DNA of 64,000 nucleotides from an uncultured delta proteobacterium (GTDB taxonomy: Bacteria > Desulfobacterota > RBG-13-43-22), in assembly GCA_963743305.1 (NCBI GenBank), contig CAVUPH010000025.1, forward strand, positions 1-64,000, read 5' to 3'. The notes beneath the pieces were generated by a model. That model saw nothing but the letters and a program-made list of their open reading frames with translations, ran no database searches and was not told the DNA's origin. Positions 48,529 to 58,920 of the stretch are shown in pieces. Made by a program: the position numbers and the translations under genes. Each line of letters opens with the position of its first letter. The first letter of the stretch is position 1.

Positions 48529-51500
48529 ATGCGTGTCAGCCGTTTGATTAAGTCGGCCATATCGTTAATTGTCGTGCTGCTCTGCCTGCTTTCCCCAAAC
48601 AAGGCCGCGGCCTCGACCGCCACCTTTCTGGCCGTGGCGGACGCGACCCTCAAAAGCAACTCACCGGATAGCAATTTTGGGGGCGATTCGACCCTCATCA
48701 TGACTTACGATCCCATTGAGTCAATCAAAGATGTGACGCTGGTCCGCTTTGATCTCTCTTCTCTGCCGGCGGATGCCATCATCGACAGCAACAGCCTGGA
48801 ATTATATCTGGAAAGCAGCGGCGGGCTCGATCCGGTCGGCCTGGCTGTCTATCTCGTGACCACGCCCTGGGCGGAGTCTACTGTCACGTGGAACACCAAT
48901 CCGACCACTTTCCCCTATGGCCTCCTCTGGCAGGTAGATGGGGCCTCGGGCTGGAAATCGATTGGCATCTCAACGAGTTGGATCACCAGTTGGCGGACCG
49001 GTAGCAATAACGGCCTATTGATCTATGGTCCGGTTTCTGGCGCCCAAGGCTATCACCGCAACTTTATCAGCCGAGAGCGGGGCTGGGACCCGCCGCGACT
49101 CACTGTCACTTACCACCGCCACACGGCCTTTGCCGGGCATGTCTACAGCGGAAACGCCATCGGCGATACCAGCCACCCGTTGGGAGACGTTGACGTGGCC
49201 CTCTACTGTTCGAGCGATCCGAATGTGCAGGGAGCGTTGGCCGACAGAACCAGCACGGATGAGTTGGGGGCCTTCAGTCTGGCGACGGATGAGACCTGCG
49301 AGATTTACAACATCATGGCCTTCGCCCCATCGGGCTACTACTCCCTCGGCGCCACCTCCAGCAATGGAATTATAAAAGCGGCCCATTGGATCCAGTATGT
49401 CTCCAATCAGACGGGGCAGGCTTTCACCGGGGATGCTTTCTTTGTCCATGTCCAAACCCCCAGCGATACTACTCCTCCCGACAACTGGACAAACTTTGCC
49501 CCGACGCAGTGGGTCACCTCCCAAACCGTTCACGTTCAGGAACAGGTGGAAGACACCCTCTCGGGGCTGGATGTCTCCACCGCCAAATGCAGCTACTCGA
49601 TCGATGGCGGTTCTTCCTGGAGCCCCTGGCGGTCGGCCTCGATCAGCGGGACGGGCGGAACAACCACCCCGCAGATCATCTCGGCCGACATCCCCTTCGG
49701 GCAAGACTCCGGACCGGCGAGCCTGAACCTGGTCCGGTTCCAGGTCGCCGACATGGCGGGCAATCCCGGCACCGGACCCAGCCACGCGGTCAAGGTGGAT
49801 TCGGTACCGCCCCAGAATCCGACCAGCCTGATCAGCACCAGCCATTCCCCGGGAGTCTGGTCCAACAACCCCCACGTCGCCTTTCAATGGACCGGCGCCG
49901 TGGATGACCGCAGCGGGTTAAAAGGGTACTCCTACGCCTGGGACAATTATTCCGGTACGGTGCCGGGTGTGTTCGTGGATACGGCGGCTGCCTCCTTGAC
50001 TCTAACGGCAGCGGCGGATTCGTCCGGGTGGTGGCTCCATGTGCGGGCTATCGATCAGGCGGGCAATGCCGCCAGCGGGGCGCAGCATCTGGGACCCTTC
50101 CCTATCGATATCACGCCGCCCACGGTTTTTTTGACCGAACCGGCGACGGGCAGCGTGAAAACAGCGACGTTCAATGTGGCCTGGAGTGGCAGCGACGGGC
50201 TTTCGGGAATTAGCGGTTACGATGTGCAAGTGAGCACCGATGGCGGGGCCTGGAACAACTGGCATCCGGGGGTCACCTATCAGTCGGCTTTCTTTACCGG
50301 GGAGCGGGCCCGAACCTATTCCTTCCGGGTGCGGGCTTGGGACCAGGCGGGAAACGTAAGTGGCTGGTCCACATCGGGGGTGGTACGGGTCGGGGGGGAC
50401 GTTACCGTGCGGGTTGAAAACGAAAACGGCCTACCGGTCAGCGGAGCGGATATTTACCTGAACGGGAAGCTGCAATCCACCTACGGGGCGGCCGTAGCCA
50501 CCCTGCACGACGTGCTGGCAGGCGATCAACTGGTCGCCCGCTACCTGGTCGAGCAACGCCCCTCCCCCAAGGGCTACCACAACTGGGTGTACGGAGACTG
50601 GTCGTACCGCATCTACATCACCAGCCTTGGTTTCGATAACAACGGCATTCCCCAGTTCTTCACCATCAGCGATCCGACGGCCACGCAGGTGCTGGTAGTG
50701 CGTCGTACCCAGCCCCTGATTGGCTTCTATGTGCTGGCCTCGGTAGAATGGGAAGCAACCACGGCCTTTCTGGATCAGTTGATGGACGGCTTTCGAGAGG
50801 CTTCCGCTTATCTATTCGACTTGACGGATGGCCAGATGCTGTTCGAGGTCATTGAGATGGACGATAATAAGGCCCGTTGGGCCCAAGCGGATTATTACAT
50901 CCAGGCCGCAAACGGGTACCGGGCCAATGCCACCGTAGGCGGCGTCTGGCAGGGCACGAATGCCCATGCTTACATGGGGCGCGGTTTTGATTGGACGGAC
51001 CTCAGCCATTTCCGGGCCTTGGTCCATGAATTTGGTCATTATGGGCTGGATTTGGGCGATGAATATTTCGACGCGGATGGTAGAGAAGACACGGGTGCCA
51101 AGTGTACGACCGACCGCAGCAATGCGGATGGCGTCGATCAAGCTTGTCTCATGGCCAACGAAAAAGTTGCCACGGAGATGTGCTCTTTGCTGACGGTCCA
51201 TCCCCATAGCACCAATACCATGCAAGAGGCAACTCGCCACGAGCCCTGCTGGGAAACCGTATACAAGCGATACCAGGACACTCAGAATCCGCCACGCTGG
51301 ATCATCCAACGCCCCCAGGATCGCGGCAGCATCATGCCTGGGCCCACTAGCATTCCGGTGACCGATTGGGTGTGGGGTGGGACTCGTATCAAATCAAACA
51401 CCGGGGCCTGCGGATCCTTCGATCTCCGCTGGGTGTTCGTGGCGGACGGCAGCCCGGCCGCGGACTTTGACGTTTGGGTGGAAGGCAACAGCCCTTTGTA

Positions 51501-52371
51501 CCAGGGGAAGACGGACAAAAACGGGCTGATTTCGATTGTCGGCGCGCATAGCGGAGATACGATCCGGGTGCAGAAGAGTTGTGGTTCGGACTGCTCCAAT
51601 TCCGGATCGGTCACGGCGAATTGCGCGACTGGGCAACTGGCAGGTGAGCCCGTACCCCTAAAGCTTAAACAAGACCCGTTTGCGCTGGCCGTCAAGGTAA
51701 CGCCCTCGGCTGAGGGGACAACCGTAGATATTTCGGCCCAAGCATCCACTACCCTCGCGGCTACGCCAACCCTTCAAATTTATCAAGCCGGTTCGCCAGA
51801 TCCCCTGACAGTGGCGCTGACTTTTGATGGTGCGGCTTACACCGGCAGTGTCGCCTTGAATCCCGCTTTGGAATTGCTGGGCGTCGTGCGAGGGGAAGCG
51901 GTGGATGGCAGCGGTCATTCCGTCGTCACCCTCACGCCTTTCAAACTGAATCGGGTGGATTCGGGTCAAATAACCTGGCTGCGCTCGGAAGACGGCAAGG
52001 TGGACATATTCCTCAAGCCCGGCAGCCTGACCGGAGATCCGGTCGTGAGTGTTTCCCGCGCCTCTCAAGTGAACCTGAGACAGGAAGGGCTGGTCCTGGT
52101 CGGAAGCCCTTATGCGGTGACGGTCTCCAATGGGCAAGAAGCTTTGCAGGAAAAAGCCGCCGTCAACATCCATTACGACCCGGATGCGGTGCCCGGTCGG
52201 GATCCCGGCGCTTTGCATATCTATCGCTGGGATGAACAGTCTCAAAAATGGGTCGACGATGGCGGTGCGGTCAGCCGTGAAAACCAAGCGGTAACCACTA
52301 CGGTTGGACGCCTGGGGACTTTTGTCCTGGCCTGGGAACCCAAAATCCATTTGCCGCTCATTTTCAGGTAG
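48529..52371 (+). CDS. Large secreted multidomain protein: DNRLRE domain, Ig/Fn3-like repeats, HExxH zincin (CLCA-like)
   Basis: Signal peptide; ADAT....PD.NFG...LVRFDLS..P..A.I....L.LY...W.E..VTWN; D..PP/D.AGN repeats; HEFGHYGLDLGDEY; C-terminal IHLPLIFR. Confidence 0.85.
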   Translation: MRVSRLIKSAISLIVVLLCLLSPNKAAASTATFLAVADATLKSNSPDSNFGGDSTLIMTYDPIESIKDVTLVRFDLSSLPADAIIDSNSLELYLESSGGLDPVGLAVYLVTTPWAESTVTWNTNPTTFPYGLLWQVDGASGWKSIGISTSWITSWRTGSNNGLLIYGPVSGAQGYHRNFISRERGWDPPRLTVTYHRHTAFAGHVYSGNAIGDTSHPLGDVDVALYCSSDPNVQGALADRTSTDELGAFSLATDETCEIYNIMAFAPSGYYSLGATSSNGIIKAAHWIQYVSNQTGQAFTGDAFFVHVQTPSDTTPPDNWTNFAPTQWVTSQTVHVQEQVEDTLSGLDVSTAKCSYSIDGGSSWSPWRSASISGTGGTTTPQIISADIPFGQDSGPASLNLVRFQVADMAGNPGTGPSHAVKVDSVPPQNPTSLISTSHSPGVWSNNPHVAFQWTGAVDDRSGLKGYSYAWDNYSGTVPGVFVDTAAASLTLTAAADSSGWWLHVRAIDQAGNAASGAQHLGPFPIDITPPTVFLTEPATGSVKTATFNVAWSGSDGLSGISGYDVQVSTDGGAWNNWHPGVTYQSAFFTGERARTYSFRVRAWDQAGNVSGWSTSGVVRVGGDVTVRVENENGLPVSGADIYLNGKLQSTYGAAVATLHDVLAGDQLVARYLVEQRPSPKGYHNWVYGDWSYRIYITSLGFDNNGIPQFFTISDPTATQVLVVRRTQPLIGFYVLASVEWEATTAFLDQLMDGFREASAYLFDLTDGQMLFEVIEMDDNKARWAQADYYIQAANGYRANATVGGVWQGTNAHAYMGRGFDWTDLSHFRALVHEFGHYGLDLGDEYFDADGREDTGAKCTTDRSNADGVDQACLMANEKVATEMCSLLTVHPHSTNTMQEATRHEPCWETVYKRYQDTQNPPRWIIQRPQDRGSIMPGPTSIPVTDWVWGGTRIKSNTGACGSFDLRWVFVADGSPAADFDVWVEGNSPLYQGKTDKNGLISIVGAHSGDTIRVQKSCGSDCSNSGSVTANCATGQLAGEPVPLKLKQDPFALAVKVTPSAEGTTVDISAQASTTLAATPTLQIYQAGSPDPLTVALTFDGAAYTGSVALNPALELLGVVRGEAVDGSGHSVVTLTPFKLNRVDSGQITWLRSEDGKVDIFLKPGSLTGDPVVSVSRASQVNLRQEGLVLVGSPYAVTVSNGQEALQEKAAVNIHYDPDAVPGRDPGALHIYRWDEQSQKWVDDGGAVSRENQAVTTTVGRLGTFVLAWEPKIHLPLIFR

Positions 52372-52375
52372 ATTG

Positions 52376-52540
52376 GATTTGAACACGGTCCGGGCGGGAG
52401 TTGCCGCGCACCCGCGGGAATGGCCCTATTCCGGATATAAGGAAATTCAAACGCCCCGGTGAAGATAGGGCCTGATCGATCACGAGAGACTGATGGATTT
52501 AACCGGGGTGAAAAGCCGGCAGGACTTCAAAGAACTCCAT
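52376..52540 (+). pseudogene. Fragment of a REP-associated tyrosine (Y1/HUH) transposase
   Basis: DLNTVRAGVAAHPREWPYSGYKEIQTPR*R*GLIDHERLMDL matches the N.VRAG...HP..W..S region; two in-frame stops. Confidence 0.75.
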
Positions 52541-52604
52541 CTTCGCGGCCTATCGGCGGTTGAGTTTAGGCCTTGGGCACTGGAGGTACAGAGAGGAGTG
52601 CACG

Positions 52605-52949
52605 ATGAGCAACGAACAGGTGGCACCCGAGACGAAAGGGGTTACGGTGAAGTTACTGGCAACGGTTGACCTTGGCCCTGAGATCGAGGGCCTGGCAGGG
52701 CGCCAACTTAGAATGCGTATGGTGACCATCGAGCCCGGAGGCGTCTTCGGCCCGGTTCACGACCATAAAGGCAGACCAGGCACCGTCTACATACTGCAAG
52801 GAACGATCACGGACCATCGAAATGGAATGGCTACGGACTATGGACCGGGAGTGGGCTGGCCCGAGGATAGGAACACCACTCACTGGCTTGAGAACAGAGG
52901 AACGATTCCGGCAGTGGAGATCTCGGTCGATATAGTCAGGCAAGAGTAA
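52605..52949 (+). CDS. Cupin domain protein
   Basis: LRMRMVTIEPGG...HDH..RPG.VYILQG.I, HWLENRG. Confidence 0.88.
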   Translation: MSNEQVAPETKGVTVKLLATVDLGPEIEGLAGRQLRMRMVTIEPGGVFGPVHDHKGRPGTVYILQGTITDHRNGMATDYGPGVGWPEDRNTTHWLENRGTIPAVEISVDIVRQE

Positions 52950-52991
52950 ACCTCAACGTGGCATAAAAAACAGGGCGGAAAATAAATAGAG

Positions 52992-55124
52992 TTAATATCC
53001 ATTGGAATAAAATGTCTTCCCGGATTCCCCCATTTCCCGGATGAGCCTCGCCGGTTGATAGCGGGGTCCGTAACGCTTTCCCAGGTCCAACAGCTTTTCA
53101 TAGACCTGCTTTAACCCCCAGGCATCGGCGTAGCGCAGGATGCCGCCGCGGTAGGCCGGAAAGCCGGTGCCGTTGATCATGGCCAGGTCCATGTCCGGGG
53201 GACGGTCGCAGATCCCTTCGGCGATCATCAGGGCCGCCTCGTTAATGCCCAGGGCCAGGAGGGTGTCGACAATTTCTTGAGGTTCCATTTTCTGAGGAGC
53301 AATCCCCTTCTCTTGCTGATACTCTCGTATCACTTCCCCCACTTTGGGGTTAGGGACAGGCCTGCCACCCGAATAGTCAAAATATCCGGCCCCGGTCTTC
53401 CGCCCGTAGCAACCGGTCTGATAAATCCGTTCGATCAGGGGATGCAGGGTGTAGCGCTTCCCCAGCTTCCGGGCGAAAGTCTGGTTAACATGGTAACCGA
53501 TGTCGATCCCGGTCAGGTCTTCCAGGGCGGCCGGCCCCAGGGGCATCCCGAAGTCCTTAACGGCCTGCTCGATGGCCGCCAAATCCACACCGTCGGCCAG
53601 CAGGTAGGGCATACCGGCAAACAGGGCGATGAGTTGACGGGTTACATAAAAGCCGGGGCCGTCGTTGACCACCAGCATGAATTTTTTAATGCTCTTGGCG
53701 AAGGAGACACCGGTGGCCAGGGTCTGGTTTGAGGTCTTCTCCCCGCAGATAATTTCCAAAAGCGGCATCCGCTCCGCCGGGTTGAAGAAATGGAGACCGA
53801 TCATTCGTCCTGGATCTTTCAGGACGGAGGCCATCTCGGTGATGGGCAGGGCCGAGGTGTTCGTTCCGAAAATCGTTTCCGGTCTACAGATCTCGTCCAG
53901 TTTTTTCCAGATCTCCCGCTTGACCTCCATATCTTCCAACACGGCCTCGATCACCAGGTCTACATCCTTCAGACCCTCAAGCGAAGTGGTGGTGAGGAGT
54001 CGGTCTCGGATCAGTCCCTCAAGATTCTCCTCGGTCATTTTCTTCTGTTTGATCGGATAAGCAAAGCTCCGACGGACTGCCTCCAGCCCTTTTGAAGGGC
54101 ACTCTCGTCGATATCCCAGAGCACGGTCTCAAAACCGTTTTTAATCAGCAGATGGACAATCCCCGAGCCCATGACTCCGCCGCCCAGCATGGCCACCTTC
54201 TTGATTTTAGCCGGTTCGAGGCCCTTGATCCTTGGGTGCCGTCCGGCCGCTCGGGTGTTCAAAAAAACGCCGATCAAATTTTTGGCGATAGCGGATACAG
54301 CGCAATCGCTAAACAGTTCCACGTCCCGGCGGATGTCGATTTCCAGATCGGCAGTCAGCCCTTGCTCCAAGGCCTCCAGGGCCTTGAAGGGGGCCAAGAC
54401 CCCCCGGAATTTTTTGGCGTTCCGATTTTTGAATTCCTCGATGACGGCCTTTTTCTCTTCCGCGTCGGCTAGAAGATCCTTTCGATTCCGGGTTATCCGC
54501 TGCCCCGGTCGAGTTCTCCGGAAATAAACCGACGCGCGGCCTTCAGGGCGGCCTCCTGCAATTCGTCGGACCCGACCACCTCATCCACCAATCCCAGCGT
54601 CCGGGCCTCCCCAGCCTTGATCGGTTGACCGTAGGCGATCATCTCCAGGGCACGAGGGAGACCGATCAGCCGGGGCAGCCGCTGGATCCCGCCCGCCCCG
54701 GGAATCACCCCGAGTTGGACCTCCGGCAGCCCCAGAAGGGCCTCGGGGACGGCCAGCCGGTAATGCCCGGCCAGGGCCGCCTCGAATCCGCCGCCTAAAC
54801 AGTTGCCGTTGACGGCCATGACCACCGGCTTGGGTGCGGTTTCGATGGCGGTGAATAATCCGGCTGCGGTCCAACCCAATTGAAAGGCCTCCTCCGCGTT
54901 TTCAGCGATTGCAGTTCCGTAATATCGGCACCGGCAATAAAATTCTTTCCAGTCCCCGTCAAGACCAGGGCCTTGACCGCCGGATCGCCCATAGCCGCTT
55001 CAATGGCGTCTCTCAGGTCCCGGCTGAGTTGGGGGGACATGGGATTGACCGGCGGATTGTCGATGGTCAGGACGGCGGTTTGGTCCTGGAGTGATATTTT
55101 GATGGTTTTATATTCGGTTCGCAT
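52992..55124 (-). CDS. fadB: Enoyl-CoA hydratase/3-hydroxyacyl-CoA dehydrogenase (FadB/FadJ type), several frameshifts
   Basis: IDNPPVN, FIAGADI, LGGGFE, LPEVQLG.IPG.GG.QRLPR, LGGGVMGSGI, IEAVLED, TNTSAL, HFFNPA. Confidence 0.9.
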
Positions 55125-55155
55125 GGAATTAGTCCTTTAACACGAAAATAAAGAC

Positions 55156-55256
55156 GAACATCGAACATCGAACGTCCAACATCTAATTTAATTTGTTGTT
55201 TTTTATCGCAAAGCGAAGCAAATTTTCCTTTGCGTCCTTTGCGTCTTTGCGGTGAA
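55156..55256. repeat. Intergenic short-repeat cluster (AACATCG heptamers; CCTTTGCGT repeats)
   Basis: GAACATCGAACATCGAACGTCCAACATC at 55156-55183; CCTTTGCGTCCTTTGCGTCTTTGCGGTGAA at 55227-55256. Confidence 0.7.
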
Positions 55257-55259
55257 TTT

Positions 55260-56447
55260 TTAAGCCTTTTCTATAATGATTGCCTGTCCGTGGCCGCTGC
55301 CGCCGCAGAGGGCCGCCAGGCCGAGCTTCAGATCCCGCTTTTCCATTTCGTGGATCAGGCTGACCACCAGCCGGCAGCCGGTATTGCCTATGGGATGCCC
55401 GAGCGCTATGCCGCCCCCGTTCACGTTGACGATCTCCCTGTTTAGACCAAGCTCTCGCTCCACCGCCACCGAGGGTGCGGCAAAGGCTTCGTTGATCTCA
55501 AACAGTTCGATATCTTCAAGGCGATAGGCCGTCTGCTGCAAAAGTTTCCGGATGGCCGGGATGGGCCCGATCCCCATAATCCGTGGATCCACACCAACTG
55601 CCACAGATCCTACAATTCGCCACTTTCGTTTCATGTCCAACTGCTCGGCCAATTCCCTGGAGATCACCAGGACCGCAGAGGCGCCATCGTTCATTCCGGA
55701 GGAATTGCCGGCGGTCACTGTGCCGTCTTTCTTGAAGGCCGGAGGGAGCCGGCTCAACCCCTCCAGCGTAGTCTCCGGTCGGGGATGCTGATCGGTATCG
55801 ACGATGACATCCTTTTTCCCCTTCTTACCCGGAATCACCACCGGCACGATTTCATCCTTAAATCTTCCTTCTTCCAGCGCTTTCTTAGCCCGCATCTGGC
55901 TGACATAGGCAAACTCATCCTGGTCTTCCCTGGAGATATGGTATTGTTCGGCCACGTTTTCGGCCGTCAGCCCCATGATAAGGCCGGAATATTGATCGAA
56001 TAGACCGTCCCAGACGCCGTCGGACAACTCCTGGTGACGGAGACGCAATCCCCACCGGGCGTTCTTTATCGAATAAGAGACATTGCTCATGCTCTCTCCG
56101 CCACCGGCGAGGATCGCCTCGCCTTCGCCCAGCCGTATCCTCATCGAGGCGATTCGGATCGCTTCCATGGACGAACAGCAGGCCCGGTTCGACGTGCACC
56201 GCCGAGACATGCTCGGGTATGCCGGCCTTCAAGGCCGCACAGCGGGCCAGACCGTTCTCGTCGCTGCGCACCATGACCACCCCCCAGTAGACATCGTCCA
56301 GTTTTCCTTGGGGAAGTTCACCCTCTCACAGACCTCAGCCATTACCGTGCCGGCGAGCTGCTCATGAAGAACGTCTCTCAGCGCCCCGCCAAAGGAAGCG
56401 ATAGGCGTCCTGACCGCGGAAACAATAATCGGATCCCTTTTATCCAT
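55260..56447 (-). CDS. Acetyl-CoA C-acyltransferase (thiolase), frameshifts in the 5' part
   Basis: SAVRTPI..F.G.L, NRACCSSM, TAGNSSG.NDGA, EINEAFA, NVNGGGIALGHPIG, LC.G.G. Confidence 0.92.
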
Positions 56448-56539
56448 TTTGATGGTTCTCCCTTGTTCATCGAATTTCAGTAACAACAACCTTTCATGCT
56501 TTGGTCCGAGGAAAGCTTGCCTCTTTATGCCGACTCCGA

Positions 56540-58031
56540 CTACCAATGGGGCGGAAATTCCGGGAGCTGCGCATACGCAGGATGGCTGTTTGAATCCTCG
56601 ATCCTGGCCGCCCTCTTGGCCGCTGCCTTGTATCGGTCGAAATCAGCTAAAGTGAGTATGGAAAGCTTCTGAGCCTCCAGCGATCCCTCGGCGTGAATGG
56701 TGAGCACATCTTCATAGGAGGAGGTCAGGTCCCTGACGAGTTTGACCATGCGGAGCCGGTCTTCTGTCGGGACACCGGCCTTTCCTGCCCAAATACTTGT
56801 CCAGCAGGGATCGGGTTTCGGGATTGAAGTAATCTTTGGAAGACGGAGCAGGTCAGCCACAATCCCTCCGGAAATGTCCTGAATGTATTTTGTGGCCTGA
56901 TGCCAGTTATCGGCAAAGTAGAATTTGCAGATATTGGCGATCATCGGATTCGGGTAGACAAGGTCCGAGTCCTTTTCGCTGCTGCAATGTTCCACGGCCG
57001 CCCTTCCCAGGGTTTCCACTGCTTCGGCATACATGGCCAGCCAGGTCAGCTTATCCCTAACATGCGCCGCCTTTTCTACGCCGTTGTACTCAGCCATCAG
57101 GACAGCGGCCCCCGTAAACAGCTCCAGTTCCATGGCCTTGTATGTCTCGGCGCTCAGGCGATGGAAGTTGGCAAACATGTAAGCCACCTCGTCCGGCGAA
57201 TTCCCATTCGCCTTTCAAGAAGAGACGCTCGTTGGGAACAAAAACGTCCTCAAAAATAACCGTTGCGTCATTTATGAAGATGCTGCCGGCAATGGGATGA
57301 TCAAACAGGCTGACCCCTCGCTAACCTCCGGTTCCGCGGAGATCAAGGTCAAGCCTTTGGCGTTGAGAGGGACCCCGAAGGCGACGGCATAGGCCTTGTC
57401 GTCCTCCCTCATGGCCCGGCAGGGGGCAATTAATATCTCATTGCAGAGAGGCGCCTGGCTGATATGAGTTTTCGCCCCCTCACGATCTACGCCGTCTTTG
57501 CGCTCTTCCACAATTCGCACGTAAAAATCCTGATGCTGCTTCTGCTGAGAGGGTCGGAGGCTCCTGTCACCCTTGACATCGGTCAGGCCCATGGCGAATG
57601 AAAGATCATTTTTTTGCAGGTGCTTGCGATAGGCTTCCACGTTTGCGGCGTAATGGGTCCCATATTTCTTGTCAATTCGGGGGCTAACCACGGTCACCGC
57701 ATTCAAACCGTCCTTGGCCACAAACTCGCCCCCCGAAGGCTTTCCGAAGCAGACCCGGGCCCACAGCTTTACCATCTCGCGGAGCCGCAGGAGATCCTCT
57801 CTCGTTCGTTGTGGCATCAACGCAAAGCTGACCCTTTCTCCGTCCTCATCCAATTCAGTCAGAAGATCCTGGTAGCGGATCAAGATTCAAAACATAATCC
57901 ATGGCCATCCAGTCGCGGCAGATCTTTAGAATCGGATGATTCGTTACATCCGGGACCCTTTCGCCGTTGCAGTAAACAACCCTGCCATCCTTGAGGCTTT
58001 CGATGTATTCTTGTGGTGTCTTCAGCGCCAT
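56540..58031 (-). CDS. 4-hydroxybutyryl-CoA dehydratase / HpaB-family flavoprotein, several frameshifts
   Basis: MALKTPQEYIESLKDGR, LTDVKGDRSLRP.QQ...D.YVRIVE, GAK.HI, F..FHR, QDISGG, HAEGS..AQK. Confidence 0.85.
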
Positions 58032-58096
58032 TCGTCGTCTCCTTTTTTCTTAGGTTATAATTTTACAATTTAGCCCAATTGAATATTGATTAAAGC

Positions 58097-58186
58097 CGTC
58101 ATTCCGGGCAAGCGAAGCGCGATCCGGAATCCAGGGCAGTAAAAGCCTCGGAATACCCTGGATGCCGGATCAAGTCCGGCGTGACG
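58097..58186. repeat. GTCATTCCGG...CCGGC(A/G)TGAC palindromic element, copy 1
   Basis: Shares CTGGATGCCGGATCAAGTCCGGC and GCGAAGCGCG with 58821-58912. Confidence 0.85.
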
Positions 58187-58233
58187 GGAAAAGACGAAAG
58201 CGAATACGTGGCAGACACTATTTATTTACGTAC

Positions 58234-58722
58234 TCAAACGTTTCGGGAACAGGCGATCGTTTCATGCTCTTTCCCCCGGACCGAGAGGACAGGCACCGGG
58301 CAACGCGAAAGACCTTTTCCGCTATGGAACCGAACAGGGTATTGGCAATATTGCGTTCGGCCTTTGGTCCCCATGATCACCAAATCCACTCCCTGCTCTT
58401 TGACAATCTCCAGCAGTTCCACCCAGGGAACCCCGACCCGAAAAACCTGGACGACCTTACTGAGCCTGACAGCCGGTTTCTTTCAACAGTTGATCGGTTT
58501 TGGCGGCCCGGTCCTGCTCTCTGATCGGGACAGATAAGTTTGTCCTTTGTTATTCCGACACGTTCCACTTTGCTGATGGCATCCACATCCCGTTGGTTGA
58601 TGACGTTGGCCACCACCGTGGCGTTCAGACAACCGGCCGAAAAAGGCCGCATAATTAAGGGTAGCCTTGGAATAATCTGAAAAATCGACGGCTGCCATTA
58701 TTTTGGTAATCGGTCCCATCAA
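58234..58722 (-). CDS. Universal stress protein, frameshifted
   Basis: ITKIMAAVDFSDYS, VDLVIMGTKGR, PVPVLSVR across frames. Confidence 0.82.
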
Positions 58723-58820
58723 TTCCTCCTGGTATCTTTAATCATGTGATTCGCCAACTTGGGCGGGTAGATCGGCCACCCGAGAACCCAGAAACAAGGT
58801 CAAAGGCCATTTTATCGGGA

Positions 58821-58912
58821 CGCCATCCCGGACAGGCGAAGCGCGGTCCGGGATCCAGGGGTTGTTATGATATCCAGATCCCCCTGGATGCCGGATCAAG
58901 TCCGGCATGACG
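58821..58912. repeat. GTCATTCCGG-type palindromic element, copy 2
   Basis: Direct repeat of 58097-58186 with a different central loop. Confidence 0.85.
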
Positions 58913-58920
58913 GGCAAAAA

